Below are positions 38,983 through 48,674 of a stretch of 64,000 nt of DNA, in pieces (position 1 is the first letter of the stretch; every line of letters begins with the position of its first letter). The notes beneath the pieces are model-generated. The model searched no databases. It had not been told where the DNA came from and saw only the letters and a list, made by a program, of their open reading frames with translations. A program made the position numbers and the translations under genes. The stretch lies in the IMG/VR virus record IMGVR_UViG_3300036971_000130. One strand, written 5' to 3'. This stretch comes from a virus (lineage: Duplodnaviria > Caudoviricetes).

Positions 38983-41900
38983 TGGCACAGCCATTTCAGC
39001 AACCGTCACATGCACCTCTGATCATCGGCGTCTCCGCTCTGATCGGGTGCGGCTTCGCCTACCTCGGGTTCCCAGCCTTCGCCATCATCTGGCTGGGGTT
39101 CGTGGTCGCCGCCTACTTGGAACCACCGGTGATCCTCACCGGGAAGAAAGACCAGTACGGCTCTCCGACCCCACTCCACGATGGAGAGTCGAAGCGGCTC
39201 AGATCGTTTGCGTTCTGGCGTGAACTTCGCACGTCCCTTATTGTGCCGAATGCATCTTGGCTCCCAGGATGGCCGATCCTGGGTTCGTTCATCGGGGCTG
39301 TTGTAGCGGCACTCATCGGCTGGTCCTTGCCGGTGATGTTCGTTCAGCTTCAGCCGGTGAACGCTGTGTGCGGCTTCATCGTCATCTCGGCGGTCATGTC
39401 CGCTCGACGCAAGACGATGGCCGACGGCGACGTGTACGGAGGCGCTCGCCTCAACACCCTCGATGACTACCTGAAGGAGAATCGGCCGATCGCCGTGATC
39501 TCCGTGCTGCTGGGGATCGTCGTTGCAGTCCTCGTTGCAACGAAGGTGCCGCAGTGGCAGGAGACCTCCGCCAAGCAGGTGTTGACGGATCAGAAGACCG
39601 GTGAGGTTGTTCCTCACTCGGCTACGACCATGCCTCCGCCGCAGACGACCGAGGCGGGATCGCCACCGACGATCGAGTACGTGATCCCGACGGTCGACAT
39701 CACTCCGGACCCGAAAGCGACGGCAACGAAGAACCCTGACCTCATCGTCTCCGGTCTCGTCGATTACGGCACTCGATCCATCATCCCACTGACCATCGCA
39801 GGTTTCTTCATCGGGTTCTTCGCTCTGACCGCCCGGCCGTGGTCGAAGCGTTCGATCGAGCACTGGAAGGAGGTTGTCGCTGCCCGAGCGGAGTGGCAGC
39901 CTCGTTGGCGTGCCGCCGGGCTGAAGGACGACACCTTCCCGTGGCTGGTCGAACGTGAGCGGGTCGGCCAGTTCCAGGTGGACACGTTCATCGCTGATCC
40001 ATCGCTGGCCGCTCAGACGATCATCGACACGAAGGCGAACGCCATCAGGCCGACGATCGGCGCTGGCATGAACATGGTGGCCTTGTCGACCCCCGATGCT
40101 CGCAACGGTGAGCCGGTTCCCGGCACCGTGCATCTCCGTCGGTTCCAGATCGTCGTGTGGGACGGTGACCTCACGGACTTCTCGGACCCGGACGCCGACA
40201 TGGACGAGTTGACGCTCTCCGCCCGGATCGGGTTCGCTGAAGCGTGTGATGCTTCGGGGATGCTTCGCTCGGAGATCGTCGAGATCACCCCGATGCACGA
40301 CCTGTCCCCGGTCCCCTCGGACGAGGACGAAGACGACGAAGGCGATGACCTTCCGGCGATTCCCGACATCACCCCGCAGAAGAACTACGGTGCCGTCTGG
40401 GCTGTCCAAACCACGATGGGTGGCGCAACCCGGACGTTCCGGGAGAACTCCCGTGGGGCGATCGCAGGTCGCTTCGGAGTCGACTGCATCATCGACGACC
40501 GTCGCCCCGACCTGAACGGCGTCCTGTTCCTCGGGACCCTGCTCGAAGACGGCGTCACCGGACGTGACGTGCCCGAGCGGTTCACGATGCCGTCGCCTGA
40601 CCGTGAGCCCAACTGGCCGTCCATGTTCCGTCACATCGACATGGAGGACCACTACCGGACGACCTGGCAGCAGTTCCTCCCGCAGCCCGAGATGTACCCC
40701 ACCCCGCACTGGGACTTGGAGATGGACCGGGAGATCATCACGAAGAAGGGCAAGTCTGTCGTGCACGGCCTGGCCTTCGTCTGTCGCCAGGGTGTCCCGC
40801 CGAACACCTTCACGAACGCCAAGACGGAGAAGAACCTCGCCACCACCTGGGAGGCTCCGCTCATGGTCAACATGAACTCCTTCCGGCACAACATCGGCAC
40901 CGGCCAGTCAGCCAAGCGCCAGGACATCGTCAGCCACGCTCAGGCTATCTTCCTGTCCTGGTCGACCGATCACATCCCGTCCTCGATCGTCAACCTCCCG
41001 TTGCAGGTCCAGGGGAACTCTCCGGGCAGCACGTCGGTGAAGTACAGCGCCTCGGTGCCTTCGGAGCCGATCATCTGGGTGATCCAGCACTACGTGAACA
41101 AGGCGTTCGACCAGGTGAAGAAGCCTCGTCCGGACGTGATGACGGCGAAGTGCCTGACCCGCAAGGACTCGCCGGAAGCTCTCTGGGAGATCGAACTGAA
41201 GGTCGTCGGTGGCGAGACCATCGAGACCCTCCGTTCCGCCACTGAGCGTCTCCGAGTAGCTTTCCAGGTGCCGTGGTGCCTGGTGACCACCTGGGAGAGC
41301 GGTGTCACGATCTTCGTCGGAGGCGACCCGTTCAACCCGAAGACGAACCTGGTGAACCCTGACCGTGACGCTGCCCGCCTGAAGGGCTACTCGTGGGAGC
41401 AGGCGTTCATCTCCTGTGGCATCTCCGGCTCCGACGGTGTCATGCCGAAGTTGCAGGACTACAAGCTCCTACCGTCGAACAACGACATCGAGGTACTGAA
41501 GTTCTCGCTGCCGCCCGGCATTTCCCCGACGACGTTCAAGGAGAAGAAGGACAAGCTCTCCACAGCGAAGGGGTACACCTACATCGAGATCGTAGACTCG
41601 GCTGACCCGAAGGTTCTCGAAATGATGGTCTGCGCCGAAGATCCGACTCCGACGGCTGTGATGATCGGCCCCGCTGAACTCGACATCATCGAGAACTCGT
41701 CCGGCGTCCCGTTCGCCACGAACATCCTCGGTGAGGTCGTCGCCTACGACCCGAAGGAATCGCCTCACCTGCTCCTGGCTGGTTCCTCAGGAGGTGGAAA
41801 AAGCGTCTTGGCTCAGGTGTTGCTCTACGGCGCTCTGAAGCGTGGCTGGGACATCTACGTGATGGACCCGATGAAGGGCGCTGCCGACTTCAGCTTCACG

Positions 41901-43103
41901 AAGGACTACGCCCTCGGGTTCTGCACCACGTACTTCGAGGCAGCGGGCACGCTCATGCACATCTACGAGAACGTGGTTCGTGCTCGTGTGGCCTTGAACG
42001 GCCAGTACGGCGCTTCGTCGTTCATGGATCTGCCGGAGGAAGTCCGCCCGAACCGAGTGCTCATCTTCATCGACGAGTTCACGTCGCTCCTTCAGATGGA
42101 TGCAGTCCCGAAGGGCGATGACCCGGACACGATCCAGGAAGCCGAGATCATGTCCGAGCGCAACGAGGCTCGTCGGGCCATCTCGTCGATGGTCGGCAAG
42201 ATCGTTCGTGAAGCTCGATCCGCTGGTGTCACCATCGCCATCGGTGCTCAGGCGATGAAGTCCGACTTCCTGAAGACGCTCCCTGGTGGTGCTGGCATGA
42301 AGGACTCGATGGCTCGTATCCTCATGGGTAACGCAAGCCACGGCGAACGTGCGTCGGCGCTCCGGATGGGCCACAAGGCTCAGGCGATGCCGACAGCGAT
42401 CATCCCGAAGGGCCGAGGCTGGTGGGAGTCTTCCACGGCTGGTTCAGCTTCGGTCATCCAGGTGTGGTTCGCCACGCAGAGCACGTACGCTGCCGCTCTC
42501 GAAGGCATGCCTCTCGCTGACCCGGATCGGATCATCGACCAGGAGCAGTTCTCCGAGCCGGTCGTCCACTCGTTCATGCAAGAGGCCGAGGAAGGCACCT
42601 CGTTCACTGATGGCGTCTTCGTCGAGGACGATGACGAGGTCATCGAACTCGGTTCGTTCCAGGGGTTCACGATCCCTGACGCCCCGGATGACGAGCGTGT
42701 CGCTCCGTTCGTGATCGAGACCGTCGACGACGATGACGAAGGGTTCTCGTCCTTCGATGACCTCCCAGAGATCGTCGTCGACGAACCTGTCCGTCCGGCG
42801 GTGGTGACGGTCGGGTTCGCCGGTGAGGCTGGTGACGTGCAGATCCAGTCGATCGACGAGTTCCTGGCGTGGCTGGACACGGCTGTCGGTTCTGACGTGG
42901 TCGTGAACGTCGCCTCGGACCAGGCGGATGAACTGGTTGGCACGGTGGAGGCGATCTTCGGCCCTGGCATGGTCAGCTTCGTCGTGACCGAACCGGAACC
43001 AGAGCCCGAACCAGAACCGGTACGTCGAGTCTCGCCGTCCAGAATGACGTGGGGAGCCGAGATCGGCAACGGTGGGTTCGATGATGACGACTTCCTGTCC
43101 TGA
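38982..43103 (+). CDS. FtsK/SpoIIIE-family membrane DNA translocase ATPase
   Basis: N-terminal TMs; PHLLLAGSSGGGKS, IFIDEF, REARSAGV...Q. Confidence 0.88.
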   Translation: MAQPFQQPSHAPLIIGVSALIGCGFAYLGFPAFAIIWLGFVVAAYLEPPVILTGKKDQYGSPTPLHDGESKRLRSFAFWRELRTSLIVPNASWLPGWPILGSFIGAVVAALIGWSLPVMFVQLQPVNAVCGFIVISAVMSARRKTMADGDVYGGARLNTLDDYLKENRPIAVISVLLGIVVAVLVATKVPQWQETSAKQVLTDQKTGEVVPHSATTMPPPQTTEAGSPPTIEYVIPTVDITPDPKATATKNPDLIVSGLVDYGTRSIIPLTIAGFFIGFFALTARPWSKRSIEHWKEVVAARAEWQPRWRAAGLKDDTFPWLVERERVGQFQVDTFIADPSLAAQTIIDTKANAIRPTIGAGMNMVALSTPDARNGEPVPGTVHLRRFQIVVWDGDLTDFSDPDADMDELTLSARIGFAEACDASGMLRSEIVEITPMHDLSPVPSDEDEDDEGDDLPAIPDITPQKNYGAVWAVQTTMGGATRTFRENSRGAIAGRFGVDCIIDDRRPDLNGVLFLGTLLEDGVTGRDVPERFTMPSPDREPNWPSMFRHIDMEDHYRTTWQQFLPQPEMYPTPHWDLEMDREIITKKGKSVVHGLAFVCRQGVPPNTFTNAKTEKNLATTWEAPLMVNMNSFRHNIGTGQSAKRQDIVSHAQAIFLSWSTDHIPSSIVNLPLQVQGNSPGSTSVKYSASVPSEPIIWVIQHYVNKAFDQVKKPRPDVMTAKCLTRKDSPEALWEIELKVVGGETIETLRSATERLRVAFQVPWCLVTTWESGVTIFVGGDPFNPKTNLVNPDRDAARLKGYSWEQAFISCGISGSDGVMPKLQDYKLLPSNNDIEVLKFSLPPGISPTTFKEKKDKLSTAKGYTYIEIVDSADPKVLEMMVCAEDPTPTAVMIGPAELDIIENSSGVPFATNILGEVVAYDPKESPHLLLAGSSGGGKSVLAQVLLYGALKRGWDIYVMDPMKGAADFSFTKDYALGFCTTYFEAAGTLMHIYENVVRARVALNGQYGASSFMDLPEEVRPNRVLIFIDEFTSLLQMDAVPKGDDPDTIQEAEIMSERNEARRAISSMVGKIVREARSAGVTIAIGAQAMKSDFLKTLPGGAGMKDSMARILMGNASHGERASALRMGHKAQAMPTAIIPKGRGWWESSTAGSASVIQVWFATQSTYAAALEGMPLADPDRIIDQEQFSEPVVHSFMQEAEEGTSFTDGVFVEDDDEVIELGSFQGFTIPDAPDDERVAPFVIETVDDDDEGFSSFDDLPEIVVDEPVRPAVVTVGFAGEAGDVQIQSIDEFLAWLDTAVGSDVVVNVASDQADELVGTVEAIFGPGMVSFVVTEPEPEPEPEPVRRVSPSRMTWGAEIGNGGFDDDDFLS

Positions 43104-43136
43104 CACATCCCTCGGTGAGCCTGCAATAGTTCAGAC

Positions 43137-43640
43137 ATGACGCAGACCTTCAACCCGAACGAACACCCACGGAACGCAGTCGGCAGGTTCACCGAGGCCT
43201 ACTTCGAGAAGGCGTCCGTCGATCTCGGCGCAACGCTGAATCCGATATTCGTCCCATTTGATCCGGAGCAGATCAACCGTGCTCAGACCCGGATCGCCGG
43301 GGCCGAGGACGCAAAGCTGAATCGGTTCGTGGCTCGCCGTGCCCGAGGCACGATGAGCGTTCGGAAGATGGAAGACCTGCTCGATCAGCGAGTGTCGATG
43401 CTCGTGCTTCAGGATGATGGCTCCGTCGAAGCGTGGGAGGGGACGCTCGTCAAGGGCGTTGGCTCGCTCTGGGGCTTCAAGAAGAAGCGTGAGCGGAACT
43501 TCGGTGGCCCCCGTTCGGTCCATATCGAGGGTGATGTCGACCGGGTATTCGCTATCGAGTCCGGCTACGGAAGCTCCGAGGCGATGACCCGGAAGTTCCA
43601 CCAGGATTCGGCCAAGTGGGACGAAGCAGGAGTTGGGTGA
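43137..43640 (+). CDS. hypothetical protein with N-terminal HPR..GRF motif
   Basis: FNPNEHPRNAVGRF. Confidence 0.7.
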   Translation: MTQTFNPNEHPRNAVGRFTEAYFEKASVDLGATLNPIFVPFDPEQINRAQTRIAGAEDAKLNRFVARRARGTMSVRKMEDLLDQRVSMLVLQDDGSVEAWEGTLVKGVGSLWGFKKKRERNFGGPRSVHIEGDVDRVFAIESGYGSSEAMTRKFHQDSAKWDEAGVG

Positions 43641-43641
43641 A

Positions 43642-44238
43642 ATGGCAGACCAGACTGGCAAGACCAGGGATCAGCCCCGTGACTCGGGAAGGTTCGGGAA
43701 CAAGGATCGTGGCAGCGGACCGAACCTGACCCTCGACAGCCCCTCGCCTGGGTACGACACCGGTGGAATCAAGGTGGTACCGGACATCCCGGTCATCCTG
43801 AAGTTCGAGGAAGCCAAGTGGCAGACGCCGCACATCCGCCCAGTCGACTACCGGAACATCGACTCGTACTCGGGCTACGACGAGGACGACGCCGAGTGGG
43901 TCGGTGAGGTCATCGTGATGAACCACCCCCAGTACGGGCCTGTGGCCTTCCTCGCCAAGAGGCAGCGTCTCGGGTCTGTGTCCGGGACCGTCGTCTCCCC
44001 GGACGGCTACGTCAAGGGTGACGTGTTCTCGAAGGACCTGATCGACGAGCGTGGCGCTGCCGTCGATGGCTACCGCATCGGCAACATCGACAGCGATTCG
44101 ATCGCTGAACTCCGGAGCCAGATCGACAAGGACAGCGGCGGGTACGACCCGGACGACCCGTACACGCCTCCGCAGTCCCCAGCGGCAACCCAGAAGTTCT
44201 GGGGCATGGTCATGGAAGGGTGCGATCAGCAGGCATGA
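43642..44238 (+). CDS. hypothetical protein with N-terminal QPR..GRF motif
   Basis: DQPRDSGRF. Confidence 0.7.
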   Translation: MADQTGKTRDQPRDSGRFGNKDRGSGPNLTLDSPSPGYDTGGIKVVPDIPVILKFEEAKWQTPHIRPVDYRNIDSYSGYDEDDAEWVGEVIVMNHPQYGPVAFLAKRQRLGSVSGTVVSPDGYVKGDVFSKDLIDERGAAVDGYRIGNIDSDSIAELRSQIDKDSGGYDPDDPYTPPQSPAATQKFWGMVMEGCDQQA

Positions 44239-44525
44239 ACGTCGACCTCGAAGACGCCATCTCCGACCACTCCTACCTTGGTGAAGACCATGTGGAGACC
44301 CTCCGGAACGAGGGCGGTGCGGTGTTCATCAACCAGGACGATGTCATCGAGTGTCGTTGGCGTGATGAGGACACCGGGGTCGTCTTCTCGGTGTGGTTCG
44401 AGTCGGGGCACTTCGAGACGTACTGGTGGTCGAAGGACGACGGCGTCTACGACGAGGTCGAGTCCGACTACGACTGCGACTTCGTCACCGTGATCCTCGA
44501 ACTGAGGTCTGACGGCGCAGGCTGA
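44235..44525 (+). CDS. acidic hypothetical protein, tandem paralogue 1
   Basis: ETYW.S...GV.DE shared with next gene. Confidence 0.68.
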   Translation: MNVDLEDAISDHSYLGEDHVETLRNEGGAVFINQDDVIECRWRDEDTGVVFSVWFESGHFETYWWSKDDGVYDEVESDYDCDFVTVILELRSDGAG

Positions 44526-44538
44526 CTATGCTGCGTGT

Positions 44539-44832
44539 ATGGAACCCACCGTCGAAGACATCGTCGCATCTCATCCCCATGTCACGGCCGAGGACATCGC
44601 CATGTTCAAGGCTGCTGGTGCTGGCGTGTTCGTCGGTGAGGACGGGCGCTCGATCAACCTTCGATGGTCGAGGCTGAAGCCTCGGCTGGTGTTCGATGCC
44701 CTGCTTCCAACAGAGGGGATCGAGACCTACTGGTTCTCCGAGGAACACGGTGTCCACGATGAGCGTGAAGTCGGCTACGATGGCTCCGTGATCGAGTCTG
44801 TCCTGCGGATCAAGGCTGATCGCAAGGTCTGA
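44539..44832 (+). CDS. hypothetical protein, tandem paralogue 2
   Basis: Leaderless start after TATGCT. Confidence 0.68.
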   Translation: MEPTVEDIVASHPHVTAEDIAMFKAAGAGVFVGEDGRSINLRWSRLKPRLVFDALLPTEGIETYWFSEEHGVHDEREVGYDGSVIESVLRIKADRKV

Positions 44833-44886
44833 CCGGCAGCGTTTCCCCAGGTCAGAGACCTATTTCTCAGAAAACGGAGAAATGGT

Positions 44887-44971
44887 TGGACAGGGAGGGC
44901 TCCACCACCCATACTGTTCACCGTCAGCCAGCAACCGCCGGTTTGACATCACCTCGGTGACCGACTAGTGT
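44887..44971 (+). promoter_or_regulatory. tandem promoters of the tRNA operon
   Basis: TGGACA-N17-CATACT (44887-44915) and TTGACA-N17-TAGTGT (44943-44971). Confidence 0.72.
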
Positions 44972-45005
44972 CACCGCCAACACCCACCAGAGAGACCCGC
45001 CTCAA

Positions 45006-45128
45006 ATGTTCACCATCTTCGCCGCCGAGACCATGGAAGGATCGCCCATCACGGGCATCACCTCCCATGTCTGTGCGTCGAAGCCGGTGAGCCGAGACTG
45101 GAATCAGCCGGAAAGGGTGGCGAAGTAG
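45006..45128 (+). CDS. putative attenuator leader peptide (40 aa)
   Basis: MFTIFAAETMEGSPITGITSHVCASKPVSRDWNQPERVAK*; last codons overlap antiterminator strand. Confidence 0.65.
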   Translation: MFTIFAAETMEGSPITGITSHVCASKPVSRDWNQPERVAK

Positions 45129-45158
45129 CAGAATCCGACCACAAGTCGATCTGATACC

Positions 45159-45194
45159 GAAGCCACTCCTTCCGGGGAGTGGCTTTCTGGTTTT
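45159..45194 (+). terminator. attenuator terminator hairpin
   Basis: aagccactcct-tccg-gggagtggctt + tctggtttt; 5' arm can alternatively pair with 45108-45121. Confidence 0.75.
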
Positions 45195-45464
45195 GGAAAC
45201 ACACTGAAACAGATCGAACGGAACGAACGCCCGCTGGGAGCCAGAAATCTCAGCAACTCTCGAACTTGGAATCCCGAGCCGTGTGGAAGCGGCGGAGGTA
45301 GCTAGAGGGCATATGTACAGGACCAAGGGAAGCCAGGTTGGACCCGCTAGGAAGCCTCCCCAATGAGTCCGGGACTGTGCAGTAGAGACGCCACAAGGCA
45401 GGGGGTCAGGATGCCAGTCCTGACCCGTCTGCCAACCGGTCACCGGTTCGCCGGTGACCGTCCT

Positions 45465-45535
45465 GGGGGTATGTTCCAATGGTAGGATGACGGTCTCCAA
45501 AACCGACAGTCCGGGTTCGATTCCTGGTACCCCTG
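45465..45535 (+). tRNA. tRNA-Trp(CCA)
   Basis: Cloverleaf, loop ctCCAaa. Confidence 0.88.
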
Positions 45536-45712
45536 CAAAGGCGTGAGAATACGGGTGTCGAGGCCCGTCCGACTTCCCCAAGCTGTCGGTCATCTAAGGA
45601 AGATACACGTCACTATTCCTCTCTCGGTTGGCCGTCAACCTGATCGAGTAACGTGGAAGTCGTCGTAGGCGACAAGGCTCGTTCCGTGCCGAACGGAGCA
45701 GTTGACAGCCAT

Positions 45713-45786
<74 letters not shown>

Positions 45787-45788
45787 CT

Positions 45789-45865
45789 GGCGGGGTAGAG
45801 CAGTTTGGTAGCTCGACAGCCTCATAAGCTGTAGGTCACGGGATCGAAGCCCGTCCCCGCACCCA
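45789..45865 (+). tRNA. initiator-like tRNA-Met(CAT), atypical
   Basis: xGCGGGGTAGAGCAG fMet-type 5' end, 1:72 mismatch, ctCATaa, CCA. Confidence 0.8.
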
Positions 45866-46178
45866 TCTCGTCATCGCCGGATCGGCAAAATCCGGGTCTC
45901 GGAAAACCGGGGTATGCTGCCAGCCTCACAGGCTGGTTAGCTCTCGGCCAGTACGAGGCAGATGACACAACCACAGCAACTCACTGCGTCCTTGCCAGGT
46001 GAGGTGGGTCGCTGTGGAAGTTCTCTGTCAGCCGGGACGGCAATCCCGGTGCTTGGAAGGGGACCCTGGTCGGCGCTTCGGCGTATCAGAAGGGGTCCCT
46101 GGTCCTGGCACGATAGGCAACCGAGCGAAGGAGGCTCCGCACTTGCCGGTGCGGAGCCGATCTCCCTCGGAAGTTCTT

Positions 46179-46251
46179 GGGGTCGTAGCTCAGTTGGTAG
46201 AGCACCTGCCTTGCAAGCAGGATGTCAGGGGTTCGATTCCCCTCGGCTCCA
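46179..46251 (+). tRNA. tRNA-Ala(TGC)
   Basis: Cloverleaf, G3:U70. Confidence 0.92.
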
Positions 46252-46533
46252 CAGGGACCGTGATGGTCCAAACAGAACAACCCGTCATCTCTTGCGTAGG
46301 GGTAAGTTGGCACTTCCTCAAAGCCACCGCTATCGGGCGGCAATGCTGGGGTCGGACCCAGCCCGGCGGCTGAAACCGTCGGTCGGCTAAATCGGACGTG
46401 GGAGAAGTCGTTTCGTCAGGGAACGACTACTGTCGAGCGTGAACCCAGGGCGATGTCCTGGGAGGTGTAGGAACGGGAATGGCTGACCGGAGGGTCGTAG
46501 ATGCCAAGCTACGGCCACTGGAAGGCCCCTCAT

Positions 46534-46611
46534 GGTGTTCGTAGCTCAGTTGGCTAGAGCGCAGCGTTGTGGTCGCTGAGGTCGCGGGTTCGAACCCCGT
46601 CGTTCACCCCA
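46534..46611 (+). tRNA. tRNA-His(GTG)
   Basis: G-1, ttGTGgt, CCA. Confidence 0.9.
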
Positions 46612-46748
46612 ATCGTCAGGTCGGAAGACCTTGGACGTAGAACATCCTGCATCGAAAGTGATCGAGCAGGTTGCTTCCTGACCGCCGACAGGGAAGCGTA
46701 ATGCCGTGGACAAGGGAGCTAGCCCCAACTCCACAAAGTCGGCTCCAT

Positions 46749-46821
46749 GCCCGGATAGCTCAGTTGGCAGAGCGTCCGTCTGAAAAGCGGAAGGTCACCG
46801 GATCGACTCCGGTTCCGGGCA
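46749..46821 (+). tRNA. tRNA-Phe(GAA)
   Basis: Cloverleaf, ctGAAaa. Confidence 0.88.
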
Positions 46822-46954
46822 CGCAAACCGGCCGCAAGCCGGTGGAGGTCGGAGGCATCCGACACAACGGGTTCGCTGACACCCCGTAGTCACGGTCGAC
46901 CGTGAAGAACTGGTCGGCGGGTAGGTATACCCGTCGATACGGAGTCAGTGCCAT

Positions 46955-47030
46955 GCGGTTGTAGCTCAGTCTGGTTAGAGCGTCTCGTTGCCAAAGAAGG
47001 TCGAGGGTTCGAATCCCTCCTGCCGCTCCA
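46955..47030 (+). tRNA. tRNA-Gly(GCC), anticodon stem appears 2 nt short
   Basis: GCG start, ttGCCaa, TCCA end. Confidence 0.72.
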
Positions 47031-47223
47031 TGACCCCCGCAAGGGAGCAGCGTCGGGTTGATCTCCGACAGGTGAAGGACCGTCGTAGTCCTTCGTGAGA
47101 CGGTGTCGAAACCGTCGACCATCCGTGAACGTGACGGGAAGGTGAAGTGGCCGTCTTGCACCGGTCCGGCTTCCGTAAGGGGGTCGAGATGAAGTGAAGC
47201 ATCGTCACCGATACGACACACAT

Positions 47224-47296
47224 GGGGGTGTAGCTCAGTTGGTAGAGCGCCTGGCTCTTAACCAGGATGTCGTGGGTTCGATCCCCTCCGCCCCTA
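47224..47296 (+). tRNA. tRNA-Lys(CTT)
   Basis: Cloverleaf, ctCTTaa. Confidence 0.9.
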
Positions 47297-47333
47297 CCGC
47301 TCTTGTGGACAGAGCCGAAACGTCCACCTTCCT

Positions 47334-47406
47334 TCCCAGGTAGCTCAACTGGTAGAGCATCCGGCTGTTAACCGGAGGGTTGCAGGTTCGAACCCTGCCC
47401 TGGGAG
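47334..47406 (+). tRNA. tRNA-Asn(GTT)
   Basis: Cloverleaf, ctGTTaa. Confidence 0.92.
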
Positions 47407-47557
47407 CTTGCAGTGATCTCCTTCACGACGGTGTTCCGCCATCGAAGTGAAGTCCGGTGAGCGACGACGTGAGAAACCGTTGCGATCCAACAAGGAACGT
47501 AGGTTCCTGGTATGCGGAGACAGGATGTCTCGATCCGGCCAGATCGAACGACCTGTA

Positions 47558-47635
47558 GTGTCTGTAGCTCAGTTCGGTCAGAGCGCCTGTCGTCGAGACA
47601 GGAGGTCGCTGGTTCGATTCCAGTCAGGTCCACCA
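47558..47635 (+). tRNA. tRNA-Arg(TCG)-like, irregular acceptor stem and G33
   Basis: Canonical D and T arms, loop cgTCGag. Confidence 0.6.
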
Positions 47636-47636
47636 T

Positions 47637-47710
47637 GCCGGTATAGCTCAGTTGGCTAGAGCGTCCCGCTCATAACGGGGAGGCCACTGGTTCGAGTCCA
47701 GTTACCGGTA
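47637..47710 (+). tRNA. tRNA-Met(CAT), elongator type
   Basis: Cloverleaf, ctCATaa. Confidence 0.85.
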
Positions 47711-47741
47711 CTGGTCCGCCGCAGACCTACTGCGACAACAA

Positions 47742-47818
47742 CGGGACGTGGCTCAGCTTGGTAGAGCGGGCGCTTCGGGGGCGTCAGGTCGTGGGTTCAA
47801 ATCCCGCCGTCCCGACCA
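47742..47818 (+). tRNA. tRNA-Pro(CGG)
   Basis: Cloverleaf, CCA. Confidence 0.9.
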
Positions 47819-47866
47819 AAGGTCAGTCGCAGACCTTGTGCCCATTCGGGCCAACTGCGACAACAA

Positions 47867-47941
47867 CGGGACGTAGCTCAGTTTGGCTAGAGCGGGCGCT
47901 TTGGGAGCGTCAGGCCGTCGGTTCGAGTCCGGCCGTCCCGA
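47867..47941 (+). tRNA. tRNA-Pro(TGG)
   Basis: Cloverleaf; flank duplicated with previous tRNA. Confidence 0.9.
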
Positions 47942-47977
47942 CAAGGTCAGCACGAACCTCGATCGTGCAAGGAACAA

Positions 47978-48051
47978 CCCTGGTTAGCTCAGAGGTAGAG
48001 CGCCGCCATGTCAGGCGGAGGTCAGTGTATCGAAAGCACTACTGGGGGCCA
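47978..48051 (+). tRNA. atypical tRNA, Asp(GTC)-like with 6-nt anticodon loop
   Basis: D arm canonical, loop atgtca, T loop ATCGAAA, GCCA end. Confidence 0.55.
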
Positions 48052-48052
48052 T

Positions 48053-48127
48053 GCACGTATAGCTCAGCGGCAGAGCGGCTCCCTTACAAGGAGTTGGTCG
48101 GGGGTTCGAGTCCCTCTGCGTGTACCA
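48053..48127 (+). tRNA. tRNA-Val(TAC)
   Basis: Cloverleaf, CCA. Confidence 0.9.
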
Positions 48128-48226
48128 AAGTCAGCGGACAGGCTTCGGTATCCGCCATCCCCGGTGATGTCAAAATCCGGCGCTTCGTGGGAAGCGACAG
48201 CGTCCAGAAGGTCGCACCCACACTGA

Positions 48227-48300
48227 CCGGATGTAGCTCAATTGGAGAGAGTGCCTGACTACGAATCAGGAGGTTGGGGGTTCGAGTCCCTCCGTCCGGG
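48227..48300 (+). tRNA. tRNA-Arg(ACG)
   Basis: Cloverleaf, ctACGaa. Confidence 0.88.
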
Positions 48301-48467
48301 CTAGGGGGACCAGCGGGTCGCTACCGTTGGGCGCTCCTGAACCGACATGAATCGACGACTAGCTACCGTCAGCAACTCACCCCGCATGAAGGTGAGCTTC
48401 GGTGTGAGACCCGATGTCGGTACCATCTCCCGTCGAATGACGGCCCCGAGAGTGGCACTCTCAACAC

Positions 48468-48543
48468 GCCGCTTTAGCTCAGTTGGTAGAGCGCACCCAT
48501 GGTAAGGGTGAGGTGACCGGTTCGATCCCGGTAGGCGGCTCCA
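48468..48543 (+). tRNA. tRNA-Thr(GGT)
   Basis: Cloverleaf, CCA. Confidence 0.9.
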
Positions 48544-48544
48544 T

Positions 48545-48617
48545 TTCGGGATAGTTCAGTTGGTAGAACGCCTGGCTCTGAACCAGGAGGTCGGAGGTTC
48601 GAACCCTTCTCCCGAAG
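48545..48617 (+). tRNA. tRNA-Gln(CTG)
   Basis: Cloverleaf, ctCTGaa. Confidence 0.9.
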
Positions 48618-48674
48618 CAACGCTCGGCTTGTCCGGGCAGAACACCACCTTCTTGCTCGACGGGAAGGTCTCCA

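Noticed and set aside
43001-43020. GAACC(G/A) repeats near the end of FtsK
   Set aside because: Encodes a PEPEPE linker; not a DNA-level element.
45625-45711. Hammerhead or theta ribozyme among tRNA spacers
   Set aside because: CTGATCGAG only resembles the core; no GAAA/stem arrangement or HDV-like pseudoknot could be built.
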